DNA of 64,000 bases, taken from Marsupella aquatica (lineage: Eukaryota > Plantae > Marchantiophyta). A model generated the notes under the pieces. That model worked only from the letters and a program-made list of their open reading frames with translations, did not search any database and was not told the origin of the DNA. Position 1 is the stretch's first letter. Each line of letters starts with the position of its first letter. Of this stretch, positions 52,574 to 64,000 are shown piece after piece. The stretch covers positions 23,076,558 to 23,140,557 of the forward strand of contig OZ316895.1 of the NCBI GenBank assembly GCA_973895155.1. Reading direction: 5' to 3'. The position numbers and the translations under genes are program-made.

Positions 52574-53319
52574 TTTCGGCCAACGATTTTCCGCTGCTTC
52601 CTTTTCTAGTTTTCCAGCTCCAAAATCATTCAATCTGATCCCGTTTCAGTTCTCTGCACTACCATAGACCGGGGACGGGAACCGGGGTGACGCAAATCGG
52701 GGAAGGAAGATTACTCGACTGGATCAATTCAACACACAAAGGCAGCCAAGATTTCTAGGCACACATTCTAACACAACTCTCTTTGTCACCAACCTCACTA
52801 AATGGTTTAATCATCCTCTAGTCGCGGAGGCAAACATTTCTAAAACCAAACTACGAGAGTAGAATCATGAGACTAGAATCCAACCGAGTCAAAACTAACC
52901 CCTAGATCCACCAGCTTGTTTGGAAAGAACATTCAATCGCTACAAACTACTACAACTTCTAACAAAGAGCCGGCCCCATTTCTTTCCTTTCTAGCTAGCT
53001 GCCACTCCAATGAGATGAATCAAGTTCTGTTGCCAGTTGCGCCTCACAACACATTACTCAGGATCTGTAGTGTGCCAATCTAGTGCAGCAATTCCTGAGC
53101 CTGGTGGGACTCCTTATCGATCCTGAACGAACTGAACTATGTGATCAAATCGACGGCGGAGCAGACTAAGGAGAGACCTGTGGCAGACCAGATCAGTCAA
53201 GTTCACCGAATGTGACTGAGATGTGAGCAAAAGGGGACCAGAGCGAACTCAGCGATGAAAAGAATGGCGAGTTTGGGTATATCTCTATTGCACTTAGAGC
53301 ATCTCCATCACTAGCGGGT

Positions 53320-53765
53320 TTAAATGACCTGACCTCAACCCAAAATGTGGCCCATCATTTGGAGGCCAATAAATTAAACCCAAAATGTAGCACATCATTT
53401 GGAGGCCAAGAAATTAAAAAACCTCCATATTGAATTCATTCACAGTTGGGTTAGAGGTCAATAAGCTCTAAACCCAAAACCTATATTAGAGATCAATGGC
53501 CTGACCTCTAAACCCAAATGTAGCGATCATTTGGAGGCAAAGAAATTAGAAAAAGTCCCATATTGAATTCATTCAGTGTTGGGTTAGAGGTCCCTAAACC
53601 CAAAATGTAGCCTAGCATTTGGAGGCCAAGATATTAGAAAAGCCCCATATTGAATTCATTCACTGCTTGGGTTAGAGGCCAATGACCTCTGAACCCAAAA
53701 TGTAGCCCCATCATTAGGATGCCAAGAAACTAGAAAAGCCCGATATTGAATTCATTCACCAGTTG
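53320..53765 (+). repeat. Tandem array of a ~100-140-bp unit (aacccaaaatgtagc..atcatttggaggccaagaaattagaaaa..catattgaattcattca..ttgggttagagg)
   Basis: Four to five diverged copies. Confidence 0.85.
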
Positions 53766-53804
53766 GTCCCCTCTATTTGACCTGTACCCTCTCCAAAGTT
53801 AAGT

Positions 53805-54098
53805 GTCATCATACCTAGGTTCAAAATCTCAAGTATATCCAAGATCTTGTGACATGTGATGGATTTTCTGACTATCATACCTAGGTGCAAAACCTCAAGT
53901 GTATCCAAGATCTTGTGACATGTCTAGGTTCAATATCTCAAGTATATCCAAGATCTTGTGACATGTGATGGATTTTGTGACTATCATACCTAGGTTCAAA
54001 AAGTGTATCCAAGATCTTGTGACATGTGATGGGTTTTCTGACTATCATACCTTGTTCAAAAAGTGTATCCAAGATCTTACGATATGTGATGGATTTTG
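53805..54098 (+). repeat. Tandem array of a ~60-68-bp unit (tcatacctaggttcaaaa..aagtgtatccaagatcttgtgacatgtgatggatttt..gacta)
   Basis: About five copies directly abutting the transposase remnant. Confidence 0.9.
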
Positions 54099-54099
54099 G

Positions 54100-55930
54100 C
54101 AGACTACGCCCTCACTGTCACATGGATGCTTGTTTGAAGATTCCAAGAGTGCAGCGTGTGAGTTGCATCAGTTGTGGTCTATTAGCATTAAGTGTGGTGA
54201 GGCTTGACATGACTAGACATTTGTTACAGGCAACAATGAGCCCGGGCGCAATTCTCCTATGATCACTCCTAAGTTGTATCATTCCACACTTTGTTCTAGG
54301 CTGATCTATACATCATTGGCTGTTGTTGCCTTGCATATAGGATTCCATGTCCCCACTGCAGGTCATTGGCATGATTTTTGAAGTGGCCGTGAGCGTCCAG
54401 GGGATGGATGGATAGCAGTTGTGAAGCGTGAGTGGGATGAGACCAAAAGGCATCTATGGGAGCAGCTGAAGGAGGATATTGACCAACACCGGACAAGTCA
54501 CAGAGGTCAGTTATCATGTTCTTATGCTTGTCTAGACATAGTTATAGTCTTCATATCAAATATGCTAAGTTATTCTAACACTTACAATGCTTTGTGGTGT
54601 TTATGATAGATGTCGGCTTAGTAGTGTATCTAGATACCTGTTGGGATTCTTCTTGTAGTGGTTTTCATGGGACCACCTCTATCCTCAACACGGAAGATAA
54701 TAGAGCATTTGAGATGGTCACCACTACTAGGAGAGAGGAGAGAAATTCCTAGTACATGGAGGACAAGGGTACAAAAAAAGGCATTGGATAGTTTGAGAGA
54801 GGTAGTGATACCTATCACAGAGGTCATCCATGATGAGAAAGCCACTATTGATACCATTATTGAGGATATGAGGATTAGAAACCACAAAGACTTGTGGCAT
54901 AAGGCAAAAACCCTGGTGAAGAAGTTTGTGGACAAGATGGTGAGTGTCATATTCATTGTTAGTATTGACATTGATACTGCAACATCTCGTTTGCAACTCC
55001 AAGCAGTTACCAAATTGAAGTTGCAAGATTGGTTAAAAGTGCAAGGAGTGAAAGGGTACTCAACCCTTAGAAAGGAGGCACTTGTCCATAAAGTTGCCAA
55101 CATGCGTGGGTTGCCTGTAGAGGAACTTGTACACATTCAAACACATGGTCTGAGAACCCAGAGTTGTCGCAATACAACTTGGCACAAAATTGAAGACGTG
55201 GTTCTATATATGTTGTCGTTGCTGTAAGACTAGGTATGTACATTGTTGCACATGGTGTGAGTTCTTGAATTCCATATTTTTTGTATTTATTATGGTATTG
55301 GTCCATGCTTAGACAGCCAAATTGACTTTTGGATGAGTGTTGGTTTGGCAGTGGGGGAGATGTAGAGTCCTTGGCTTTTGAGTAGGGAAATTGTGCTGAT
55401 CATTGGGCTGGTGATCATAGATTATGTGCAAGACTCTCAAATCAACCTTGTCAGCATCTTGGGGACCCTAGAGCTATCCAGGTTGATCGCTATTACAAGC
55501 AAGGTAAAAATAGCAAAGAGCTTCATAATATATTTGGTTGATTTGGGTGTTTTTGTTGGATCTAATTGTTCACGATGTGAGTTTTGTGCATACAGGTGGT
55601 GAGACTCACTTGGTCATGCAAAAGTTCATGAAAAAATATATTACTTCTGCGAAGAGGAGGTTTTATACCATGGCTTGAGAAAACTTCATGTCAAAGATTT
55701 ATCACATTGTGATGGGCAAGTATGTCATCAAGCGTATCCATTTTTCAGTTAGTCATGAGGCTCGTTTGTGTTGTGTTGCCTTGGATTGGAACAAGAATAT
55801 CAAGCGACATGTGTGGAAGGTATACGATTGAACGCCAGTGAATATTTCTGTCAAGAAATGTCTCAAATGTAGACAACAAGTCCTGATCAAAAAATCCCAC
55901 TGTAGCAGGTCGACGGGGTGGTGCTCTATG
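54100..55930 (+). mobile_element. Decayed, intron-containing Mutator-like DDE transposase of an atypical clade, with an internal HeH/SAP-like segment
   Basis: Across frameshifts: VVYLDTCWDSS..FHGTTSIL..NS*YMEDKG..ALDSL; ITEVIHDEK; RNHKDLWHKAKTL (DxxH); KLKTWFYICC; DHWAGDH..C..PCQH; ENF...GKYVIKRIHFSVSHEARLCCVALDWNKN. Confidence 0.65.
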
Positions 55931-55989
55931 TGTGGGCTCTGACCCTAAAGGTCGTGATGATTGAGAGTCCGTAACTCAAGATGAATGAG

Positions 55990-57295
55990 ATTCCGCAACT
56001 CTAGATGGCTGAGAGTGTGGAACTCAAGATGGGATTGGATCATCATCTTGAGATGGTGTCAGCCTGGGTACTTCTGGTGGCTGAGAGTGTGAAACTCAAG
56101 ATGGGATTGGATCATCATCTTGAGATGGTGTCAGCCTGGGTACTTCTGGTGGCTGAGAGTCGGCAGAAATTGGTGGCTCCTGGTACAAGCATTCCACACA
56201 TTTTGACGATACATTGGTGCTTCATGTAAACCTACCATTTGATGTAATGAAACAAGATCTTGCTCATACCTGGACCATGTCGTCATCCATGTGGTTTGCC
56301 CTTAAAGCAACAATAACATCAGGGTCATCATCTTGATAAAGGGCTTCATCTTTTGCATCTGATCCATATTGCTCTGCAATGTGCTCCTCCCATGCCTCCT
56401 CCTCTCCTCTATCTGAATTCATCGACATCAAGGTCCGTGGTCTAGAAATCTTCCAAAAAACATTGGACTACGTAATAAATATTGAATCACACAATATGAT
56501 GCAACCTAATTTAGTCAACCCTAAAATGAAACAAAGGCAAGCAAAGCAAGCTTATGGTTTAATTAGCTTTTATGAAGGTTTATGGTGCCCAAGTTTAGGG
56601 TTTATCCAAATGATTCATGGTAAGGTTATCTTACAAAAGGAGCAATACCTTGGACTACGTAATGAATAGTCAAGCACACAATATGATGCAACCTAATTTA
56701 GTCAACCATAAAATGAAACAAAGGCTTGCCAGACTAGGGTTTAGGTATATGGTGTAGGGTCGAATAAGATCAAAATATGACCACCTAATCTAAGGGCAAC
56801 CAATTATTATTTTTTGCATAATTTGTTGATACTTAGTCCAAGGGACCCTAAACCATTGTAAACGTTTGTTTCTAAAATAAAAATGCAACATATGAATACA
56901 AATATGCATGGCACCCTTGAAGGAGATAATTGTACTTCAAGTGGTGGCTGTGAATGTCAGGGTCAGAACCTGGCAGAGAAACTGCATTGTGCACCATTTG
57001 GGCGGCCTCTGCTATTCACCAAGCCTGGATCAAGTTCCTCAACCCTGCATCGTGCGTGATGTGTAACCATGTCACCACAGTAGTGTGTGGTATCTGGTCC
57101 AAGCAAGCTCTCAAGTCCTCCCACTCATCCCACCGCTCAAGTGGGACCCGGATTTTTGGTTTGGCATCCGGTCTCCATCTCTTCTTATAATCTATATCAT
57201 CACTAGGATACCGTTGTATTGGTGGAGCACCCCCTTGAACGTGACTTTCCGCCTGCCATCCGGAAGATGAGGGGATTGTCCCCCGTACTCATACT
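55990..57295 (-). pseudogene. Degenerate spliced minus-strand coding segments associated with the transposon, including a 72-bp tandem duplication at ~56007-56160
   Basis: ~57270-56975 reads MAGGKSRSRG/..QRYPSDDIDYKKRWRPDAKPKIRVPLERWDEWEDLRACL..; acidic exon ~56441-56270 bounded by ag and gtatg. Confidence 0.45.
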
Positions 57296-57664
57296 ATCCT
57301 ATCCTAAAAGTAGCCTATGAAAATCCACCTAAAACCTACATATATATAAAACCTAAATGAAAAAACCTACCAAAAACCTAGGATGGAGACTAGACGCCAA
57401 ACCCAACCCAGTTAACAACTACAAGATTACAATAAGCAATACAAAGTAAAAAAGTAGAAGGGCAAAAAACAAAATCAATGGTAGAGTTCATGGAGGAGAA
57501 GGGTGCGTGAGGAGGAAGGCAAGTGAAGTCTGAAAATGATATAGTGGTGGCACTTCCCCTCCTACCAAAGCCTCCTCCCCTCCTTGGATCATCCTGGCGG
57601 TCCAGAGTTTCTGAGAACCCCTAACCCTATCATAGTGCGGCCGTCGCAATCTATTTTCACATAC

Positions 57665-59020
57665 AACTTTTTACTATCCTGTCCCCCAAACTAGCCCAAT
57701 TTTATAACATGTCCCCTAAACAAAATAATTTGCTAACTTGCCCCCCCATTTTGTATATGGGTTAGGGTTTACTCAGTATGTGGTCTCTGGTGCCACATGG
57801 CAAGTTGCCATTGGATTGGTTCAACTAGGGGGGTTAACTTAGTGTATATTTTAGGGTACCACGTGTGATCCTAGCCTAATATAAATACACCTATTTTATA
57901 ATGGGAATATTTCAAAAACATTCTCTATTTTCAATATTAATGATCTATTTTACTTTATAAAAGGTATATATTAGAGAATATTCTATAAATATTGGTCTAT
58001 AATAGCTTCTTTTGCTTCCTATGCTTTTTAAAAATTTAGTTAATTTCTATGAAAAATACATATTTTTGATCGCACGTGGTTCCTAAGATTTTTGATAGTC
58101 AACCCCCCGAGTGGTTCAACCCACGGCTGTTCCCCTAACTTGTCCCCTTCACTTGTTGAAGAGCTCTTGCTGCAGGCCCGAAAGTAGCCAAGTCATGACT
58201 GTCTTGGCCCGAAAGCCCCTCTGAAAAACGTTGCCCTTTTGCCCCCGTAATTTTACTCAGGATAGAGCAGCCAACACTACGCTTGTGTTTTTGTTTTTCC
58301 CCAAGAAAAATGACGTGAATGTTTACACATTCATCCCTTGGGATTTCTGAGCAAAAATGGCCACTCATTGTAAGCCTTCAACATTTCACATCGCATCATG
58401 TTCTTCAAGAAATGAAGACAACATCAAAAGCTGCCACAATGTCAACTTTCATTCAGAAAACATGAGCCAGGGCAGAAAACGCAAGATTCGTAGTGTTTGT
58501 GTGTGTAGAAACAAGGGTAAACGATTGGAAAAGCAAAAGAACACAAACTTGGTTGTGTTCTTATGTGTACACATTGTCCCGAGAGCCAGCAGTCAGTCCA
58601 GAGCCAAATCACATCTCAAATCAGAAACAATTGTAGCCAAACAAAGGAAGGCTAATGTGCAAACATTTGCAATGTTCTTTTGTGTAAGAAATGAGGCTGA
58701 AAAGACTTGTTGGCTGCATTTTCATGAGTAAAACTAAGGGGGAAAAGGTTGGGGCTTCATGAGGGGACCCTGAGGCTTTTTTTGACCATTTTGGCTTGTC
58801 CCGGGCTGCAGCTAGGGCCCACGATGGGGAAGGGCGCAGGGGGAGAGTGGGGACTGTGGGTTAAGGGCAAGCAAATCACACCTTGCCACATGGCTTAGGG
58901 AACCCAATGTTGGGTGTATACCAACCCACATACAAATGGGGGGCAACCTGACAAATACATTTGTTTGAGGGACAGGAGAGTAAAATGGGACAATTAGGGG
59001 GACAGGTTAGTAAAAAGTTG
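57665..59020. repeat. Diverged ~140-bp inverted repeat pair (~57665-57805 / ~58880-59020), transposon-terminus-like
   Basis: caactttttactatcctgtccccc..ttgccccccc.ttttgtatatgggtt versus aacccacatacaaatgggggcaa..gggggacaggttagtaaaaagttg. Confidence 0.7.
57825..58111. mobile_element. MITE copy 1 (287 bp, TIR CT(C/A)GGGGGGTT(A/G)ACT, 8-bp TSD TGGTTCAA)
   Basis: TSD at 57817-57824 and 58112-58119; AT-rich interior; close reverse-complement copy at 60455-60740. Confidence 0.9.
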
Positions 59021-60312
59021 TTTTCACATATGACTTCGGATGGGCATTTTTCAAAAGATCTCATGTGCGGTGGCAGCACACCACGTCATCACGATAGAGG
59101 ATTGTATTAAAAAACTGGGGCATGTAAACTGTAGTTGAAGTAATGTATTGCGCTGTTGCTTTAGCAAATTGAGTTTGTACTAAAGCTCATCAGTGCACTC
59201 AACTTATGTTTTAAACCCAGACCTAGTGCATAGGAGGTAGAAGTCTAAACCACTACAATAAAGAAATTCTTTGAGATGGCTATAGTGAAAATTCAATATG
59301 AAATAATAGGCAAGTTCAAAGCCCAGGGTACACCCCTCCATTTCTGGCGCTCCTCTCCTAGCTCCTGCTGGCCGCGCCCTGCCTTTGTCCCTGGCACCCG
59401 GATTTTTCTTGGGCCAGGTAGTTTTCTTGGGCCAGGTATCCGCTGCCCGAACTGCCCATAAATTTGAAATTTGAATTTTCATGACTAACCAATAAAAAAT
59501 GTCTATTTGTTTTCCATTTTTTTCTCACTCAATATTGAACATTTTCTTGTGACTATTTTTTTGAAACATAGAGAGATCTACAATTTGAGCTGTAGATTGC
59601 CGCATTTGGTGGACAAACCAGATTATACCAGGGATCGATTGGACAACCATCGCGAGAACGCCCAGTCCCGACCTCAACTATCGGGTTTTAGGAGTGAGTA
59701 CTCCGGGTGACCCGAAGTACTTATATGCTTATTAGTGGATTAACACCACCAAAACACATGATTAACGTATCATATTAATTACCCGCCAGCACATGCTCCT
59801 CCCTCGCGCATCAACTCCTCTGCCTCCTGCCTCCGCCCCTAGAATGATATGATCGAGGTTTGACGAGTGATTCAAGAACACTCGGGCTCAACTCTTTTCC
59901 CGACCTCTTTCATCAATTGTCTTCTGTTCCAAGAGATGACATGTATACATGTATCTGACCGCGCCAATATAATCAAGGCTTTCAGTTTCTTGGGCCCACT
60001 ACTTTGCTACAGTAGTTTTGCAAGGCGATGATGACAAACGATAGAGAAGGCGATGATGGCACTTGCCTTGACTTTGTCCATTGGCGACCGGAGGAGCAAA
60101 GCAGAGTAGAGGTGAGTAGCAAGGAATGCAACTAAATTTTTGTTTGGTCCTGTAGTGTTTTGCCAAGTTTTCTTTTGTATTTACAACACTTTTGTGTACT
60201 GGGGTTGATTTGAATATCCAAAATAGGACTCAAAGGAGAGTGAGGTAGTCGTCGACACTAGATCTTGTTGACGCAGAACGTTCATGCACGTGAGCTGCAT
60301 ACAAGTAGATAA

Positions 60313-60851
60313 CTTGGGGGGGTCACTTCCATGGAAATGACATATCACGTGCGACGAAGTATAGGGTCATTTAAATGGTTTTGGAGGAAGACTTTATTAA
60401 GTCTTCAATGGAAACATAGGGTTGTTTAATTGCAAAATGCATACGTGTTATCACCTCGGGGGTTGACTATAAAAAATCTTAGGAACCACGTGCGATCCAA
60501 AATATGTATTTTTCATAGAAATTAGCTAAATTTTTAAAAAGTGTAGGAAGAAAAAGAAGGTATTATAGACCAATATTTATAGAATATTCTCTAATATATA
60601 CCTTTTATGAAGTAAAATAGGTCATTAATATTGAAAATAGAGAATTTTTTTGGAATATTCCCATTATAAAATAGATGTGTTTATATTAGGCTAGGATCAC
60701 ACGTGGTACCCCAAAATATACACTAAGTTAACCCCCCGAGGTCATCACATGATTGGTGTCGTATAACTTTATAGAAAGTGACTTAGGGGGTCATAAATGA
60801 TCCAAATCGTCGCACGTGATGTTTGGCCCTTCATATAGTGACCCCCCCAAG
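60313..60851. mobile_element. Older related MITE (TIR CTTGGGGGGGTCACT, degenerate 8-bp TSD GTAGATAA/GTAGGCAA) hosting MITE copy 2
   Basis: Terminal inverted repeats plus subterminal atcacgtgcgacga / tcgtcgcacgtgat. Confidence 0.75.
60455..60740. mobile_element. MITE copy 2 (286 bp, opposite orientation to copy 1, TSD GTTATCAC/GTCATCAC)
   Basis: ctcgggggttgact...agttaaccccccgag; 8-bp flanks differ by one base. Confidence 0.9.
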
Positions 60852-61038
60852 GTAGGCAACTCTCTCTCTTGCTCTAATGGAATTTGTTTTTGAAGTGTTT
60901 TGAGTTGGAGTCCTCCTTCCTACGATACTTTTCCCCCAATGATCCAGCTAGAAAACTAACGGTTCTATTGAGTAGTTCAGATTTTGTACACGCATAACTA
61001 TAGGTCAAAACTCTGCTTTGGCAAGACTCTGCCAGGGA

Positions 61039-61656
61039 ATGGTAGAGCCGCAGCATGGAGTAGGTGATGGAGCCCCAAAACCTCATCCACCAAAGAAACC
61101 TAGCAAAGCCAGAGTGAATGTTGCTGTAGAGCTCATGGCAGGTCACATGGAGCAGGCAACATTGAGCTCAAAGAATTGGGTTGCCGTTGTTAGGGACCAT
61201 CTACAGGCAGATACAGCCCCAGTTGATGCCATTCTCCTGGCAATTAGGAGAATGGATGAAACGTTGTCTGGAAGGTTGAATGACATTGAGCAAAGGCTGA
61301 CCATAATGGAGCAACGGTCAATTGCCATGTCGACCAACAATAATATGCGTGTATTCAACTCCAAAGTTGATGCGCCTGCTGATCATCTTCATCCTCTTGT
61401 GAGCGAGGTTGATGGGCCTGAGATTGGCATAGGGATATTGATTCCATATTTCCCTCAGACATTAGCAGAATGTCGGAATTTGAGACCAGAGGTGCGAGGG
61501 TTAATATTGAATGCTTTGAATGTTCTGCATGAGCAGATGCCAGGCAATCATCTTGAAGTCTATGTTGCCAATGAATGCAATTGGCCTGCGCTCTTCAGGT
61601 TAGTTAGTGAAGATAGAAATGATTCTTGCAACGAGTATGAAGAGCTACTAGCTTGA
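61039..61656 (+). CDS. Intronless 205-aa hypothetical protein: coiled coil plus a C-terminal domain resembling fungal Mug135-like (DUF1773) proteins
   Basis: Uninterrupted ATG-TGA frame; heptads IRRMDETLSGRLNDIEQRLTIMEQRS followed by NNNMRVFNS...LHPLVS...IPYFPQTLAECRNL...LILNALNV. Confidence 0.6.
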   Translation: MVEPQHGVGDGAPKPHPPKKPSKARVNVAVELMAGHMEQATLSSKNWVAVVRDHLQADTAPVDAILLAIRRMDETLSGRLNDIEQRLTIMEQRSIAMSTNNNMRVFNSKVDAPADHLHPLVSEVDGPEIGIGILIPYFPQTLAECRNLRPEVRGLILNALNVLHEQMPGNHLEVYVANECNWPALFRLVSEDRNDSCNEYEELLA

Positions 61657-64000
61657 CCAACAACTTGTACAGCTCCAATGTCCACTCTGTGGCCACAACC
61701 TCTATTATCTTCACTGAACTTGAACTAAGCCTTGCATCTGTGTCACCTTTCTTGAGCTACCATGGTTTTGAGGAACTTGATATGCCTGAACCGATTGTCA
61801 ACTCTGTATTTTATTGTAAGCCAACTTTCATTGTGCCTAACAGATTGTATGGTTTTGTCACCAGCACCAGCACCAGGATAATTTGATTGGGACTCAAGTG
61901 TAGCCTTCTCCCACCATTGCATGCAAGGAATCCACAAAATGTGAAAAGATATGTATGAGTTGTTTACGACGTAGATTGCAGACTTCAACCAGCTTCAAGA
62001 AGCACACAATAAGACATTTCAAGAAGAAATAAAATAGAAAGAGATAGATGCCCCGAACGAAAGTAATCACAGATTAAATGAGTCTTTTCAACCAAAGGAC
62101 AGCTTAAAGGAATGTAATCACACCGAACGACCATTTTGCGATTAGACAACTAGAAAATAGAGTAAGAACTTCAAAGATGCAGCTCAATGGAGATGAGATG
62201 CACCAAGAGTTGTCGTCTTAGATACTGCTGAAATCATGAAATATTCGAGAGCCTTACCTTTAGTCTTGGCCGAAGTCTAGGATTTGAGGGCTGTTGATTC
62301 GGATTTGGGGGCTTATCATTGACCTCCTGCAAATCAGATATGCATTTATAGACAAGAGAAACAAATATGCAAAGCAGATATGCATTTCTAAACAAGAGAA
62401 GGTTGGGTCTGTTGAATGAGGGCCCATACAAAATAGTATTTACTAAACATTAGTTTGGAAACACGTATGCGCGTCTTTCCATTCAGTCACTATGCATACT
62501 TCGCAATGCAACACAAGATAACTTGACTGAATAATTCATGCACAAATTGCCAGCTACAACATACCCTGATTCCTGGCGGCTTCTCTCCTCATTCCAGCAT
62601 AGTTATAACCTGAACTTTGAACAAATGCATATATGTGAAAGCTGTAGAAGTGCAGACGTATTTAAAACTGAAAATACATTTCAGAGTGAGACTTCCTTCT
62701 ATTCCTTTGACTAAAGTAAGACAACGAAACATGTCACGTTTGAAGGGACACATACATCTGAAACATATGATTGAGAATGAGGTGCGTCAATGGCAAAGTT
62801 GGTTGACCAAGACACGACAGGTTTCACTGCAATTCCACACATCCATATTAAAACAACGAAGCCTTTCTTGCACAACGTTGCAGCTTAGAAATTTTCATAC
62901 AATAATAAGACATAGGACGAAGATGAGACATATATAGATACGTCTCAAACCCATGTATGTACATCAGAGTGCCTTGCACATTCACAAATCAGTTGGAGAG
63001 TGACCATGCCAAACTAGCCTCCCATTTTTTGAACTTTGATGTAATATAGGAAAGGTGGCCAAATGATGGTACTTTTAGGAGACCTCCAAGTGTTTGTTAG
63101 GGTCTTTCAAAAAAGTACCCACACTAGGGAAAGCACCTTGATGTCCACTGTTGTAGGTTCTAGCCGAAGAGTTTGGCGCCAATCCAAAGTTTGTTTGCTG
63201 CAAGTGAATAGCTCGCGAACGAGCAGTTTTTTGGGAGAAGCGTATTGTTCATTAATGAAGAGAATTTGACCACCAGGCAGTTTCAAATTATGAACACTGC
63301 ATCCACATCGTCAAAATGTGATACGGAGAAAGCAAACACTTTCAAGGCTGCCAATGCATAGAAAGTTAAGAAACTACCTTGGTACTAATTGGTCATAGTT
63401 GCCTCTTGGGCTGGAGTTAGTTGTGGAGTCTTCTTTGGCTCTCCATGTGAGCTTCCTCCCGATACAATGTCCAGGATCCATTCTTTAAGTTTTGGGATGA
63501 AATATATCTGAAAAAAGTGGACAAATTAGTTATGTTTAGTAGGCACGTCTTCTTTGGATGTCAAAGTCTTTGTAACTGAGTTGTACGGAATTCAAAATGA
63601 GAAAGTGGAATCCAGGATCCCATTAATGCATGTGGAAGCCAACTAACTTCCCTTCAAAGCAGACACTAATACGTTGATCACAAATGTCAATGAGAAACAC
63701 AGTGTCTCACAAGCCTATTTTGTGACTTTGAAGTAAGACGTTGGTAAAACACTACATAGTATGAGCAGTTTGAGATTTCTGAGTTTGATGGGCTTAGACA
63801 TCAGGAACAGTTTCAGCTCAAGTTTGACAAGACCTAGGCTGGGAGTATTGGTGTCAGCGTAACTGAGGAAGGTCACATCTGTATGGAGTTTAAACCCAAC
63901 TTGGAGAGCACTCGGGAACAATCGACAAGCAGCAGAAGTGGTAGAAGGGATTTCAAGATGAAGGGCAGCCCTGAAATTAGTTTTGTCACTTCCAATGTTG

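Larger units (their letters stand above)
50961..53138. repeat. ~410-bp diverged direct repeats flanking RPS17 (50961-~51370 and 52713-~53138)
   Basis: Both start actc.actggatcaattcaacacacaaaggc.gccaaga.ttctaggcacaca and share cattactcaggatctgta.tgtgccaatctagtgcagcaatt and cctgaacgaactgaact. Confidence 0.9.

Noticed and set aside
52574-52633. N-terminal extension of RPS17 in the ORF track
   Set aside because: Starts at TTG; uS17 similarity begins at ATG 52573
62200-64000. Possible gene fragments at the right edge (splice-like sites, partly open frames on both strands)
   Set aside because: Interrupted frames, no recognisable motif, truncated by the window end

Overview
Eukaryotic, intron-containing land-plant nuclear DNA; gene content and intron style suggest a bryophyte, possibly a liverwort (inference). 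Five host genes are recognisable: an intronless GPI ethanolamine-phosphate transferase 2 (PIG-G/GPI7), a multi-exon peroxisomal SDR + zinc-binding/quinone oxidoreductase fusion ending in -SRL, a conserved uncharacterised plant protein ending -RRRPK, a CCCH zinc-finger/coiled-coil protein, and a bacterial-type (probably mitochondrial) ribosomal protein uS17. Between them lie two Ty1/copia remnants, a decayed MuDR-type element, a decayed Mutator-like transposase of a clade I know mainly from animals, three MITEs with 8-bp TSDs (one nested in another), and several satellite arrays and inverted repeats. The most unusual items are an intact intronless ORF (61039-61656) resembling fungal Mug135-like proteins, the atypical transposase with an internal HeH/SAP-like insert, a ~1-kb inverted duplication whose arms share a small ORF, and a perfect 33-bp fold-back. 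No CRISPR array, rRNA or tRNA was seen. All homology calls come from motif recall, not database searches.
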